From a bacterium (GTDB lineage: Bacteria; Zhuqueibacterota; Zhuqueibacteria; Oceanimicrobiales; Oceanimicrobiaceae): a DNA stretch of 64,000 nt. Shown piece by piece: positions 1 to 10,517 of this stretch. Position 1 is the first letter of the stretch; every line of letters begins with the position of its first letter. The position numbers were made by a program, and so were the translations under genes. The DNA lies in assembly GCA_046758365.1 (NCBI GenBank), contig JBHIAC010000004.1, positions 1 through 64,000 on the forward strand, given 5' to 3'. The notes below the pieces were generated by a model, which was given only the letters and a program-made list of their open reading frames with translations, made no database searches and was not told the origin of the DNA.

Positions 1-259
1 AAGGATTTACTTCGGTGACTTTACTCCAGAAACATCTGGCATTGTCTATACTGCAATCTTGGCAGTTGAATGAAGATATCTAGACGATTTTGGCGTTTCC
101 AGATTCCTGCCAAAATAACAAACACCATCATCATAAAATGGCGACGCTTGATTTCTACGAATGAAAAAGGGGAAATCAATCCCAGCGGGGTAAGCAATTG
201 TAATAAAAAGTTAAATTAAATAGAAAAAGAAAATTCAATCTAGGCCAATATTTTTGAAT

Positions 260-775
260 TCACAATGGCCGCAGCCCAATATCTCGTAAAAACTCCAAAA
301 ATCCCTCGGCCTTCAATTTTTCTTCATTCTTTAGATAGTAGGTTTGAATCTTCCCAATCCTTGAGCGGTGGCGCAGAAAGACGATAGCTTCCTCTCGATT
401 CTTCTTCCACTGAAGATCCTTAGCCACCTGATCATCGAAGGCGAGGATGATGCCAGGACCATCTTTGCGTAGTTGGTTAGTCCGACGCACTTCAAAGCCG
501 TTTTTTTGCTTCCTCCAAATAACACCATAGTCACTATCCAGGTTTTTTGTTATGCCAATCTGAGCTCCCTCGGCTAGGGATGCAAATAGGTCGGAATTAT
601 GATTGAGCCATGCCCGCCATTTTACCTCATCGGTGACAAGTCTCTTGTCGGTCAATCTCTTACAGAACAAATCCAGATGAGTGAACCCACCAGCTAAATT
701 CAAAACTAAAATAATACCTAAAAATAGGGCAATGATATTAAACCAGTTCTTTTTCATGGCTTTGAAAAAATCCAT
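260..775 (-). CDS. Hypothetical protein with N-terminal membrane anchor/signal
   Basis: 171 aa ORF, strong GGAGG RBS, hydrophobic N-terminal segment; no family recognised. Confidence 0.7.
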   Translation of the reverse strand: MDFFKAMKKNWFNIIALFLGIILVLNLAGGFTHLDLFCKRLTDKRLVTDEVKWRAWLNHNSDLFASLAEGAQIGITKNLDSDYGVIWRKQKNGFEVRRTNQLRKDGPGIILAFDDQVAKDLQWKKNREEAIVFLRHRSRIGKIQTYYLKNEEKLKAEGFLEFLRDIGLRPL

Positions 776-787
776 TTAACCTCCTTT

Positions 788-828
788 AAAAAAAATAAGA
801 GGAGAGGGCCCTAAGCAGCACCCTCTCC
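788..828 (-). terminator. Stem-loop with T-run (intrinsic terminator or mRNA-stabilising hairpin)
   Basis: GGAGAGGG/CCCTCTCC stem, then a T-run a few bases downstream on the minus strand. Confidence 0.6.
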
Positions 829-898
829 CAGAAATTCGGTAGAATCGAGACCTAAGTTAAAGAAAAACGGACACGGAGTTTTGTTGTCGGTTGCGTTA

Positions 899-1039
899 TT
901 AGACTTGACATTGGCCGCAGCAATCGCTGGGACCACATTTACCATATTCGTTTACATCGGCCTTATCGCTCCTGGAGAAAGCAAAGCTACCCAGAGCAAG
1001 AAGCGCCAAACTAATCAGAGTGATAATTTTCTTCTTCAA
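899..1039 (-). CDS. Small secreted Cys-rich peptide (46 aa), not in the ORF track
   Basis: AGGAGGTG RBS, TTG start, MKKKIITLISLALLALGSFAFSRSDKADVNEYGKCGPSDCCGQCQV; Sec-type signal peptide. Confidence 0.75.
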   Translation of the reverse strand: MKKKIITLISLALLALGSFAFSRSDKADVNEYGKCGPSDCCGQCQV

Positions 1040-1064
1040 TAGACATCACCTCCTTTTTCGTCCG

Positions 1065-1988
1065 TTATTTCTTTGAGTGGTCTCGATCTACCGAAAATCC
1101 TTCTTCATTATTTCTTACCGCCAATATTATCGTGACCATGTCTGCATCATTCATTTCTCCGATAGCCACAAATCGACTGTCTTTCCCTTCCCAAGAAAGA
1201 GCTTTCCAAGGGCCAGCCTTTACCCTGTGGCACCACTGACCCTCCACTTGAAAGGTCTCTAACGGATACCCACCAAAAGTAATCGGATGACCTTTAGGCT
1301 GTTGGAAGATGGCTATTGGAATTGAATTTTTTAAATAAAGAAACTGCACAGAACGACAGCAAGCATTCTTCAAAAGCCGCATTTCTTCTAAATGGAATGT
1401 TTCCGGCAATCGAGAAAAAGAAGCCAAACGAAACGTTATTTCCGAACCTGCAGTTTCATAGCTTGCTTTTTTACTTTCGTAACGTTTTTCAAACTCATGG
1501 GGCGGCACGCCTTCAATCAAAGCGTCAAGATAAAGTCCGTAGTCAAAGGCATAGCTGGGTTCCCAATCTACGAGTGCCCGTTGATATTGGAATTCTTGCG
1601 GTTTTAAGATGATAAATAAATTGGCCACAAACAGAACTGCAAGCACCATAGCGGCAAAGACAGGTCTTACGGGTAATAAATCCTTAAATAAATCTGTAAG
1701 TAGTAAACCATCATTTTGAAAAATTGACCGTTCGGAGACAGAGATCATGTGGCTCTGTAAATTCTGCCACATTCGCTTCGTATCTCGCCATTCTGGCATC
1801 TCATAATAGGCCGTGAACATTTTCCCTTTTCGAATTTCTTGTAATTCTCTCTGGCAGGAAGCGCAGCCATTCAGGTGTACTTCCAGTGCTTGACTTTTCT
1901 CCTGATCCAGTTCACCGTCTAAATACGCGGAAAAATTTTTTCTTAGTAAATAATGCCACATTTTATGATTCCTCAAAATAGGTTTCAT
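1065..1988 (-). CDS. Zinc-finger (ZAS, zf-HC2) membrane anti-sigma factor
   Basis: SAYLDGEL...HLNGCASC motif, one TM helix, extracytoplasmic domain; overlaps the ECF sigma gene. Confidence 0.88.
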   Translation of the reverse strand: MKPILRNHKMWHYLLRKNFSAYLDGELDQEKSQALEVHLNGCASCQRELQEIRKGKMFTAYYEMPEWRDTKRMWQNLQSHMISVSERSIFQNDGLLLTDLFKDLLPVRPVFAAMVLAVLFVANLFIILKPQEFQYQRALVDWEPSYAFDYGLYLDALIEGVPPHEFEKRYESKKASYETAGSEITFRLASFSRLPETFHLEEMRLLKNACCRSVQFLYLKNSIPIAIFQQPKGHPITFGGYPLETFQVEGQWCHRVKAGPWKALSWEGKDSRFVAIGEMNDADMVTIILAVRNNEEGFSVDRDHSKK

Positions 1989-2577
1989 CGATGCCCATCT
2001 GGGAAAGAATATGTTTAAGCTTTTTTCGGCCCCGATTTAATCGAGAGCTGATAGTCCCTTCGGAACATCCCACAATTTGGGCAACTTCTCCATAGGACAA
2101 TCCCTCGATATCCCTTAAAACAATGACAGTGCGTAGCTTAGGTTTAATTTGATTTAAAGCTAATTGTAACAGGTGTTGAAGCTCCTCTTGTAAAATCTGT
2201 TGGTTCAAAGCATTGCTTCTTTGTTCTAAAACGGTTTTGCTAAGTACGTCCTTACTTGAATCGAAATAAGCTTTCGCCTGGTATTTCTCACGTCGTTTAC
2301 GTTTACGACTTTTATCCAAATAGAGATTTACAGTAATGCGATAGAGCCAAGTGAAGAAGTTGGAACCTGCTTGAAAATTTGAAATTTCTTTATAAACTTT
2401 TAAGAAAACATCTTGAGTGATATCTTGGGCATCCTGGATATTGCTACATAAGCGAAAGGCGAGGTGAAGAACCCGCTTATGATATTGCTCAAAAAGTTTC
2501 TTAAAAGCATCTTGGTCGCCTTTCTGACACGCCGTTAAAAGTGCGTTTTGGCTCGGTTTATCCAAATTGGTTCTCAT
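1963..2577 (-). CDS. ECF RNA polymerase sigma factor (sigma-70 group 4)
   Basis: DAQDITQDVF, FFTWLYRI, GLSYGEVA, GTISSRLNRGR motifs. Confidence 0.95.
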   Translation of the reverse strand: MRTNLDKPSQNALLTACQKGDQDAFKKLFEQYHKRVLHLAFRLCSNIQDAQDITQDVFLKVYKEISNFQAGSNFFTWLYRITVNLYLDKSRKRKRREKYQAKAYFDSSKDVLSKTVLEQRSNALNQQILQEELQHLLQLALNQIKPKLRTVIVLRDIEGLSYGEVAQIVGCSEGTISSRLNRGRKKLKHILSQMGIDETYFEES

Positions 2578-2688
2578 TATTGCTTTTAATAGTTTGACGA
2601 TGGGTAATTAAAAATTCGTCCATTTTTAATGATATAAATTAGAAAGTTTATTCGCATTTGAAAGGAATTATTTTTATATTTATACCCA

Positions 2689-4023
2689 TTGGCTCTGAAA
2701 AATGGCATCACCACCCTGGCAGACATGTACGTAACGCCTGAATTCCTGCAACAAATGCAAAACTTTGTGCAAGAAGGGAAGCTGCGCATTCGAACCAGTT
2801 TGTATCTGATTTACACCACCAATTGCGGAGATATTCAAGGCGACTGGTATAAAGCACATCCCCCAACACGGGAGCCTGGCGAGATGCTGCGCATCGGCGG
2901 GGTAAAAATCTTTGCCGATGGTGGATCGTGTGGACTGCCCGCGCTCAGCTTTGAATACCCTGGTGGTGGCTATGGGGATTTGTGGCTGACCGAGGACCAG
3001 CTTAAACAAGCCGTGGCCGAAGCTCAGGCTGCGGGATATCAAGTGGTTATCCATGCGATTGGAGACCGCGCCATAGAAACGGCGCAGAATGCCATCCAGT
3101 TTGCACTTGCTGGCGCACCCAACACCCTGCGGCATCGTATTGAACATAACTCCATAATCCGGCCGGATCTCCTGACTCGCTACAGTGAGATCGGCACCGT
3201 TGTCACCATCTTTGGCTATTATCGAACCTGTGCTGACCTGAATGGTGGTGGCTGGGCGCCCTATGTCGGGCCAGAGCGATTGTCATGGATCCAGCCTTAT
3301 CGAGCACTCATGGAAGCAAATCCCGGACTGCACATCGCCTGGCATGGTGACGACCCCTGGATTGGACCTATCAGTCCCATCGTCGAGCTTTATAACACCG
3401 TCACCCGCAAGGAAGTGGCCGAAGATAGTGTGACCATCTGCGAGCCACGGGAATGGCTGGCGGCAACGGCCATCCCTGTGCAGGACGCACTGCCCATGAT
3501 GACCATCGAATCGGCATACGCGATCTTCCGAGACCAGGAAGTCGGCAGTTTGAAGCCCGGGAAGTTTGCCGACCTGGTCATCTTATCAGACAACCCACTA
3601 ACTGTGGTTCCGGACGCCATCAAGGACATTGAAGTGTTGATGACCGTGGTTGGAGGGCGTGTGGAGTATTGTGCGCCGGGACACGACGCGTTGTGCCCAG
3701 ACTTAGGTACGAGTGTTGCTTCGCCCGGAACAGAGGAATTGCCTGAAACTTTCGAACTAAGCCAAAACCACCCCAACCCCTTCAATCCCACAACTACCAT
3801 TCAATATCAGGTGCACAAAACCTCTCATGTTAATTTGGTGATTTACACCCTCCTGGGCCAAAAGGTGGCAACTTTGGTGGCCGAAGTACAGCCTGCGGGC
3901 GTCTATTCTGTGCCATGGCCTGGCAAGGATGACACCGGAAGAAATGTAGCAAGCGGGCTATATCTGTATCAATTAAGAACCAAGGATTTTGTTAAAGTGA
4001 AGAAAATGCTTTTGCTGAGATAA
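2689..4023 (+). pseudogene. 5'-truncated YtcJ-like amidohydrolase (Amidohydro_3) with C-terminal T9SS-type/FlgD-Ig sorting domain
   Basis: GITT, KIFADG, HAIGDRA, HRIEH and GSLKPGKFADLVIL motifs plus a QNHPNPFNPTT...KKMLLLR tail; N-terminal part and signal peptide absent; in-frame TGA at 2659-2661; abrupt GC increase. Confidence 0.75.
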
Positions 4024-4063
4024 AAGTTTAGCAAGGAATCACCTCCTAAGCTAAACTAAATAT

Positions 4064-6247
4064 CTACAACATCCCCTTCCTCTTCCGTATAAACCATTCA
4101 GCACCTAATAAAAAAATACATACTATTAAAAGTGGCGTTTTATTCCAAATTTCCCACTGATTGTTTTGCACAATAAATTTTTCAGGAAAATTTAGTTTTT
4201 CATTAAGTTCGGTGAAATTATCTGAGGTAAAATATACGCCCCCACTTTCAGTTGCTATTCGGTTGAGCAGATCTTCGTTCATGCGGGTGTTTAGATATTC
4301 GAGGCTGAATTCTTCTACCGAAAATTTACCTGAGTCTCTTCCAAGCACTCGGCCTTGCAGGTGGGCTGTTCCGGTGAATTGGTAGTCTCCTCCCTCTAAA
4401 ACTTGAAAGCTGCCTTCATATCGGCCCTCGCCTATATTCAAAAGGGTTAGTTCTTGCGTTTCTTTGACGCCCATCAACTGAACCACTACCTCTGCCCCAT
4501 CCGCGGGTCGGTAATCTTCAAAGTAAACCTGGGCTGTAAATTCTACTTCTTCTCCGCTGCGATAAATCTTTTTATTTGGAGCAATTTTAACAAGTTTGCT
4601 GTCTTCTTGAGTTATTAACCAGCGAACTGAATTTCTTATGAATTGTTGATAGCTTTCATTGGTTTTGCCCACCCCCCACATCAGTAGATCCCAGCGCCAA
4701 AGGCCATAAGCCAATACGGCCATTGACTTTCGAATCCCAGATCTTTGAACGGCTATTATGGGTAAACTTTGTTTTCTAACCACTTCTGAGCGCTTCAAAT
4801 CGATAGAGGCAAGAGTTTGTGCGCTTGGATGCAGGGGAATTGTGATTAAATTAGAATAGATAGGTGGTAATTCCTGCCATTTTTCTCTATTTTCAAATTC
4901 ATCTTCGGAAAGTCTGAATAGCGGATGGTAAAGGCCTTGTGGCAATATATTTATATAAACCAATCGTTCCCGGCCAATTACAGGTTTAGTAGCCAGTGGA
5001 GTAAAATTCTTTAAAATTAAAAGCTTTTCGAAATCCACATTTTTTCCGAATAAATATAGCATAGGTTTTCCTTTAGATAAAACGTTCTTAATTTTATCTA
5101 ATGATTGTCTTTTTGAACTGCGTCGAGGAAAATCCAACAAAATTAAACAATCAGATTTTACCATCTGATCAACAGAAGGCAAAGAAGGGGCTTGATAGAA
5201 AGTTCCGTGAGATTTTTCTACAAAGCTTTGAATATCGATATTTTCATCGGTCTCTAAAACACGCTTCAAAAACAAATAGTCAGAACTTGGGCCACCAGCA
5301 ATGACTAAGATTTTCATTTTGCTCTTTAGCACTTTCACATAAAAAGACTTTGTATTGTTGATATGGGTTAATTCATCTTCCAATTGCGGCAGTTTGATTT
5401 CATATTTGAAAAGCCCTTCCTTATTTGGAATAAAATGGAGACGCACCTTTTGTTCAAGTTGGTTACCAGAAAGGGTCACAACTTTTGAATCTAAGGTTTT
5501 ATTCTTATAGACTAAATTTACTGGTATTCGCTTACCTTGAAAGCCGCTGCTTTTGATATAAACATCTATTGGAATCTTAGTCTCCGCATATACGATTTCA
5601 TTGGTGCCATAATTTGAAATTAATACATCTTTTTGTTCTGAAGGGTCACCTACAGCAATAGTAAAAATTGGGATGCCATAAGTAGAGGCGTATCTTGCTG
5701 GATTCGCTCCTAGATTATCAGCGCCGTCTGTAATCAATATTACCGAGGCAAAGTATTTTTCCGCCAATTTTTCTTTTAATTCTTCAAGAGAGCGTTGAAT
5801 ATCCGTACCGTCGCCTATGAATTTGAGGGAGTCTGGTGGTACATTGGCAGGATCGAACAACATGTAAGAGAAGGGATAAAAAGCCAACTCCAAATTATTG
5901 GAAGGTTTTTTAAAAATGTCCGAATCTAGAATTTTATTTAACTCTTGAGGGCGATTCTTTTTTTGGTCCACTAGACTCATGCTGGCGGAGTTGTCCACCA
6001 ATACAGCCACGACCGGTTTTTTCTGTTTCTTCTGTGTAATACTCAAAATCGGTTCAAATAATAATAAGACGACCAACATGACAGCCGCAGCCCTAAGGGA
6101 CATTAGTAGAAAACGGATATTCGAATTGACTGGTGGTATGGTGTTTCGGTAAACAAAGAAACTCAAAGCTCCAGCAGCAAGAAATGCCAGAATGAGGAAG
6201 GCAAAACTACCAGTGGTATTTAAATTTACTTCAGAAAAATTAGGCAA
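4064..6247 (-). CDS. Membrane-anchored VWA-domain protein with glutamine-amidotransferase-like domain
   Basis: N-terminal TMs, VLVDNSASM MIDAS-like motif, LITDG, WRW motif, C-terminal TM ending EWFIRKRKGML. Confidence 0.8.
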   Translation of the reverse strand: MPNFSEVNLNTTGSFAFLILAFLAAGALSFFVYRNTIPPVNSNIRFLLMSLRAAAVMLVVLLLFEPILSITQKKQKKPVVAVLVDNSASMSLVDQKKNRPQELNKILDSDIFKKPSNNLELAFYPFSYMLFDPANVPPDSLKFIGDGTDIQRSLEELKEKLAEKYFASVILITDGADNLGANPARYASTYGIPIFTIAVGDPSEQKDVLISNYGTNEIVYAETKIPIDVYIKSSGFQGKRIPVNLVYKNKTLDSKVVTLSGNQLEQKVRLHFIPNKEGLFKYEIKLPQLEDELTHINNTKSFYVKVLKSKMKILVIAGGPSSDYLFLKRVLETDENIDIQSFVEKSHGTFYQAPSLPSVDQMVKSDCLILLDFPRRSSKRQSLDKIKNVLSKGKPMLYLFGKNVDFEKLLILKNFTPLATKPVIGRERLVYINILPQGLYHPLFRLSEDEFENREKWQELPPIYSNLITIPLHPSAQTLASIDLKRSEVVRKQSLPIIAVQRSGIRKSMAVLAYGLWRWDLLMWGVGKTNESYQQFIRNSVRWLITQEDSKLVKIAPNKKIYRSGEEVEFTAQVYFEDYRPADGAEVVVQLMGVKETQELTLLNIGEGRYEGSFQVLEGGDYQFTGTAHLQGRVLGRDSGKFSVEEFSLEYLNTRMNEDLLNRIATESGGVYFTSDNFTELNEKLNFPEKFIVQNNQWEIWNKTPLLIVCIFLLGAEWFIRKRKGML

Positions 6248-6371
6248 TAATTTTGCTCCAAAATTGGTTTATACAATTGAAAGAAATCTTAATATTGAAT
6301 GCAAATTGTAAAATCAAAAAATCCGACCAAATACTCTATACCTCTTCCCTATTCCATTTACCATTTTGCAT

Positions 6372-7367
6372 CTAAATGGAAAGTGATGGTTTCGGAGATA
6401 AGCCGAAATCAGAATTCTGACCCTTTTCCAGATAGAAATTTCCTGTCCTTGCAATCATAGCTCCGTTATCTGTACACAGAATGGGGGGTGGAATAAAGAG
6501 TTTGACCCCATGTTTTGCACACTCTTTTTTCAATCTTTCGCGCAAATGTGAATTACAAGCCACGCCACCAGCCAGGGCCAGTTGATTGATTTTATATTTC
6601 GCCAGTGCTTTTAAACTGTTTTCGACTAAAACCGCTACAGCCGCTACTTGAAAACTTGCGGCGACATCTGCCTTGCGTCGTTTTCGCTCTTCTGGACTCA
6701 AGGACTGCAAATGGTAGAGGACAGCCGTTTTTAGACCACTGTAACTGAAATCCAAGCCATTGTCTTTAATTTTGGCTTTCGGTAATTTAATATAATTAGG
6801 ACGGCCTTTTGTGGCCAATTTATCAATAGCTGGACCGCCAGGATATTCCAGTTCCAACATTTTGGCAACCTTATCAAAGGCCTCCCCGGCAGCGTCATCT
6901 CGAGTTTTGCCAAGGATTTCATACTCGCCCCATTCTTTAACTAATACTAACTGGGTATGTCCACCGGAAATGACAAGAGAAACATAAGGCGGTTGTGGAC
7001 CCTGGTCTAAAACCGAGTTGGAAAAAAGATGGCCTTCTATATGGTTGATTCCAATAAATGGTATAGCCAGTGCTAAGGACATGGCTTTGGCAAAATTCAA
7101 TCCCACTAAAAGCGAACCGGTCAAACCAGGGCCGTAGGTTACTGCTATGCCTTCTAAGTCCTGTTTTTCAATGTTAGCTTTTTTAAGAGAAGCTTGGATT
7201 ATGGGTAAAATAAGTTTGACATGAGCACGGGAGGCTAGTTCTGGCACAACCCCACCATATTTTTTGTGGACTTCTTGAGATGCAATGATATTAGAACCGA
7301 GCCGATTATTTAACCAAACGGCTGCTGCAGTTTCATCACAGGAAGTTTCTATTCCTAAAATGTTCAT
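6372..7367 (-). CDS. tsaD: tRNA N6-adenosine threonylcarbamoyltransferase TsaD
   Basis: ILGIETSCDET, HIEGH, SGGHT, DDAAGEAFDK, TDNGAMIA; start set at ATG 7367. Confidence 0.97.
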   Translation of the reverse strand: MNILGIETSCDETAAAVWLNNRLGSNIIASQEVHKKYGGVVPELASRAHVKLILPIIQASLKKANIEKQDLEGIAVTYGPGLTGSLLVGLNFAKAMSLALAIPFIGINHIEGHLFSNSVLDQGPQPPYVSLVISGGHTQLVLVKEWGEYEILGKTRDDAAGEAFDKVAKMLELEYPGGPAIDKLATKGRPNYIKLPKAKIKDNGLDFSYSGLKTAVLYHLQSLSPEERKRRKADVAASFQVAAVAVLVENSLKALAKYKINQLALAGGVACNSHLRERLKKECAKHGVKLFIPPPILCTDNGAMIARTGNFYLEKGQNSDFGLSPKPSLSI

Positions 7368-7368
7368 T

Positions 7369-8730
7369 TCAAAAAGAAACAAAGGCGTCAATAATGATCT
7401 GGCCATCCCAGTCTTCGTTGAAGCCGTATTCCACCCTTAAAATATTCATATAAGGTAAAAAGAAATGCAGTCCCACACCCCAGCCGGAAATAAATTTATT
7501 TTGGGTTAATTTTTCATTTTGAAACCACACTGCACCTGTGTCTAAAAACAAAGCTCCACTAATTCCAAATCGAAAATTAGTCCCATACCTACCCATTGAC
7601 TCAAATAAACCTAAGTTATGGTACGTGATTTTTCTAATAGGAAATCGAAATTCAGCACTGCCCAATACTAAGTTATCTCCTGTGCTACGCTCGCTAAAAT
7701 GTCCCCGAATTCGAGTCAAGAAACCAAGATGTACCTCACTATAAATGGGTATGGTTCCATGGGATAAATTAGTTGCACCTCGAAAAGCAAATGTAGTGGG
7801 ACCGATAGGGAAGTATTTTCGCAAATCCGCGCCATAGCGCAAATAATCGATTACATTTCCAAACCAACCTGTTTTTTTAAACCATAAATTAATATAATGC
7901 CCACGGTGAGCATATTCCCAAAGGTTGCGGCGGTCGTAAGTAATAGAGATTCCAATACTGGGTAGTTTATCTTTTCCAGAAGGTGATAAAGTTTTTGCAT
8001 TTTCGTTTGAAGATAAAGTTAACTCTCGATAGCCAAAATTTAAATCTAAGAAAGTAAAATAGCCGAAACGCTTTCCAATTTTCCAGTAAATGCCTATATG
8101 ATTTTCATCGACGTCTTGATTATTAGCAGTAAAACTTAGGTTGCGGACTTTTTTTGCATAAATTGAGAATCTTGTGTAAAATTTCAAATTGCCAAAAATC
8201 CAAGGGTTCGTGTAGGATAATCGGACTGATGGATTAAAGCCCAGCCAAAAGGAAAAGTCAATGATTTCTCTTCGGCCACGAAAATTGGTATGAAGAAGTC
8301 CAGCACCATAGGAAATTCTACTCCAATCCCGTTCGTTTCTAAAAAGGATTGGATATGGAAAGAGGTACCACATTTCGCTTACAGTAACCACCAAAATAAC
8401 CCCTTTCCGCGTGGGAATCGCATCCATCTCTACCCTATTAAATATACCTAAATTCTGGATACGCAGTCGGTCATCTTCAGCTACAACTGGGTCAAATTTA
8501 TCTCCGGCATTGAGCTTCATTTCCCGAAGAATAATTTCTTCTTTGGTTTTCTCATTACCTTGTACAATCACCACTAAAATATTTTTGGGATTTATTACGG
8601 ACGAGCTGTCGGCAAGCTTTTGAATCGATTGAGTTGAGGCGGCTGCAACCCAGAATAGAATCAAAAAAGGCAGGATCCGTAAACTATTGCAGTTGCAAGT
8701 TAATTTGATCAAAAATTCTCCCATGTCCAT
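7369..8730 (-). CDS. Omp85 (BamA/TamA) family outer membrane protein with one POTRA domain
   Basis: GNEKTKEEIILRE POTRA, IRGH (RGY-like) motif, C-terminal Phe. Confidence 0.85.
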   Translation of the reverse strand: MDMGEFLIKLTCNCNSLRILPFLILFWVAAASTQSIQKLADSSSVINPKNILVVIVQGNEKTKEEIILREMKLNAGDKFDPVVAEDDRLRIQNLGIFNRVEMDAIPTRKGVILVVTVSEMWYLFPYPILFRNERDWSRISYGAGLLHTNFRGRREIIDFSFWLGFNPSVRLSYTNPWIFGNLKFYTRFSIYAKKVRNLSFTANNQDVDENHIGIYWKIGKRFGYFTFLDLNFGYRELTLSSNENAKTLSPSGKDKLPSIGISITYDRRNLWEYAHRGHYINLWFKKTGWFGNVIDYLRYGADLRKYFPIGPTTFAFRGATNLSHGTIPIYSEVHLGFLTRIRGHFSERSTGDNLVLGSAEFRFPIRKITYHNLGLFESMGRYGTNFRFGISGALFLDTGAVWFQNEKLTQNKFISGWGVGLHFFLPYMNILRVEYGFNEDWDGQIIIDAFVSF

Positions 8731-8816
8731 CGAGTTGTTCTTCTAAGCGAGCCACGCGTTCTTCCACCGCCATTTCATTAGCTATTAAATATTTGCAATT
8801 AACTTTGAAATGGACC

Positions 8817-10079
8817 TTAAAATTTCTCCAACAATCTGAAGGTTATACGAAAATCATCGTTAGATCGTTCAGTGCGTTTGGCCACATCCATACGAAAAAC
8901 TCCATCAAGCACAAGAATAGAAAAGCCTAAATCGGTTTTTAATTTATCCAGAGTGAGCTGGCCAAAACCATCAAATAGGCCGTCTTCAGGATCGGTAGTC
9001 CAAGCCCAACCGGTATCAAGAAAAATACCAAAAGAAAGGACTGACCAGAGTACACCAAAAACTGGAAGCCTATGTAATGGAATTTTCTGTAAAACGTCCC
9101 CACCAAAAAGATAATTTGCGTTAAGCATTACCATTCGGTTGCCGCTAAATTCTTTATCATCAAATCCACGGAGGCTGCCAAAGCCACCGATGTCCATGGT
9201 ATATTGCTCGGCTGAACTTCCGTGACGCGTTCCAATCAGAAATCGAATAAAAAGTCGTTGGTTACCATACATTTGTTGAAAACGTTTGATGGATAAGAAT
9301 AATCCATCTGTATTAAAATCTTCGAAAGTACGTTCATAAATACTTTCTAAATACCAGCCACTCAGAGGAAATATGGGATTGTCTCGCCAATCGAAAGCTG
9401 CGATGAGTTTTAATCCGATCTCATCCCCTTCTGCGATAAAAGCTTCATTTTTAGCTGGATTTTCCTCAAAATCTTTGTCGCCTCCAAAGACACTCCAGTT
9501 AGTATTTTTTCGTAAAGCATCAAACGTGCGGTGGCCGACTTCAAAACGAATTGTGTGAATACCCAAAAACCTGTGATCCAAGTAAATTTTAAAACCCTGG
9601 GCGCCATAGTAATCCTTGAAGTCTTCTCTGAAGAAAAATGCAGCCAGAGAATTCTCAACATCTCCGATTATCCAATCGTCTTGTGATTCAACTTTCTTAA
9701 AAATTTCAGCACCAAGACTTAATCTTTTAATAGCAAATAGGTCTTTTCGGATTCCAACCGCATATCTGAATTTTTTATCCGACTGGTTGTCAAATCCCCA
9801 ACCAGCATCTCCGTATATCTGCAATTTCGGCATGGACTGGGGACGAAGTTTTAGACCGAAATTCAAAAACAACCCTTCCACCCGATTATATCGTGTGTTT
9901 GAGTAGAACTCCAGTGGTTTTTCGAGTTCGAAGCTATAGTCATCTTCTATTTTATTGTTTGAAAATTGGGCATAGATGGGCGGTATATTAAGAACTGTAA
10001 AAGATAAAATTATCATAAATTCAACAAATCTAAGGTTACCCATTCTTCCTCCATGATATAGAAATTCACTCACAGACAT
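8817..10079 (-). CDS. Omp85/surface-antigen-type beta-barrel outer membrane protein
   Basis: RYNRVEGL, IGGFGSLRGF, FLDTGWAW, C-terminal Phe. Confidence 0.8.
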   Translation of the reverse strand: MSVSEFLYHGGRMGNLRFVEFMIILSFTVLNIPPIYAQFSNNKIEDDYSFELEKPLEFYSNTRYNRVEGLFLNFGLKLRPQSMPKLQIYGDAGWGFDNQSDKKFRYAVGIRKDLFAIKRLSLGAEIFKKVESQDDWIIGDVENSLAAFFFREDFKDYYGAQGFKIYLDHRFLGIHTIRFEVGHRTFDALRKNTNWSVFGGDKDFEENPAKNEAFIAEGDEIGLKLIAAFDWRDNPIFPLSGWYLESIYERTFEDFNTDGLFLSIKRFQQMYGNQRLFIRFLIGTRHGSSAEQYTMDIGGFGSLRGFDDKEFSGNRMVMLNANYLFGGDVLQKIPLHRLPVFGVLWSVLSFGIFLDTGWAWTTDPEDGLFDGFGQLTLDKLKTDLGFSILVLDGVFRMDVAKRTERSNDDFRITFRLLEKF

Positions 10080-10517
10080 GATTAATATAAACCCTTAATT
10101 ATTTAAAATAAATTTTCGATTAAATTAAAATATAAAAAATCAAAATTATAATCAAGGAGTATTTCTTGTTGTTACCCCATCGAAAATAAACTCCTGGTAT
10201 TTAAAAAGAAAATTGTTTCAGAACATTTAGCATCCTTTTTTTCGAGGTTGCAAAGGCATGACAATTAGACGAATTCAGGTTTGCAAAGAGCTTTAAAGCA
10301 AATTTTTCTAATACTGGATTTGAGACGCTTAGGACTAATTATCTGAAAACAGCCAGAGGGAAAAGGGCTCGGGATGATGAGACGGTTATAAATCAATGGC
10401 TCTTGGCCATTGAAGATTACTGCACTGTTTATGCCTCCATGCACAACACCCATATTTTGGTCAAATTCCTGTTTCCATAAGTCAATAATATCTTTTATTT
10501 TTTGAAATAAATATATA

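Noticed and set aside
10200..10480. 62-aa minus-strand ORF and a start-less open plus frame
   Set aside because: Possibly gene debris, but no family could be recognised
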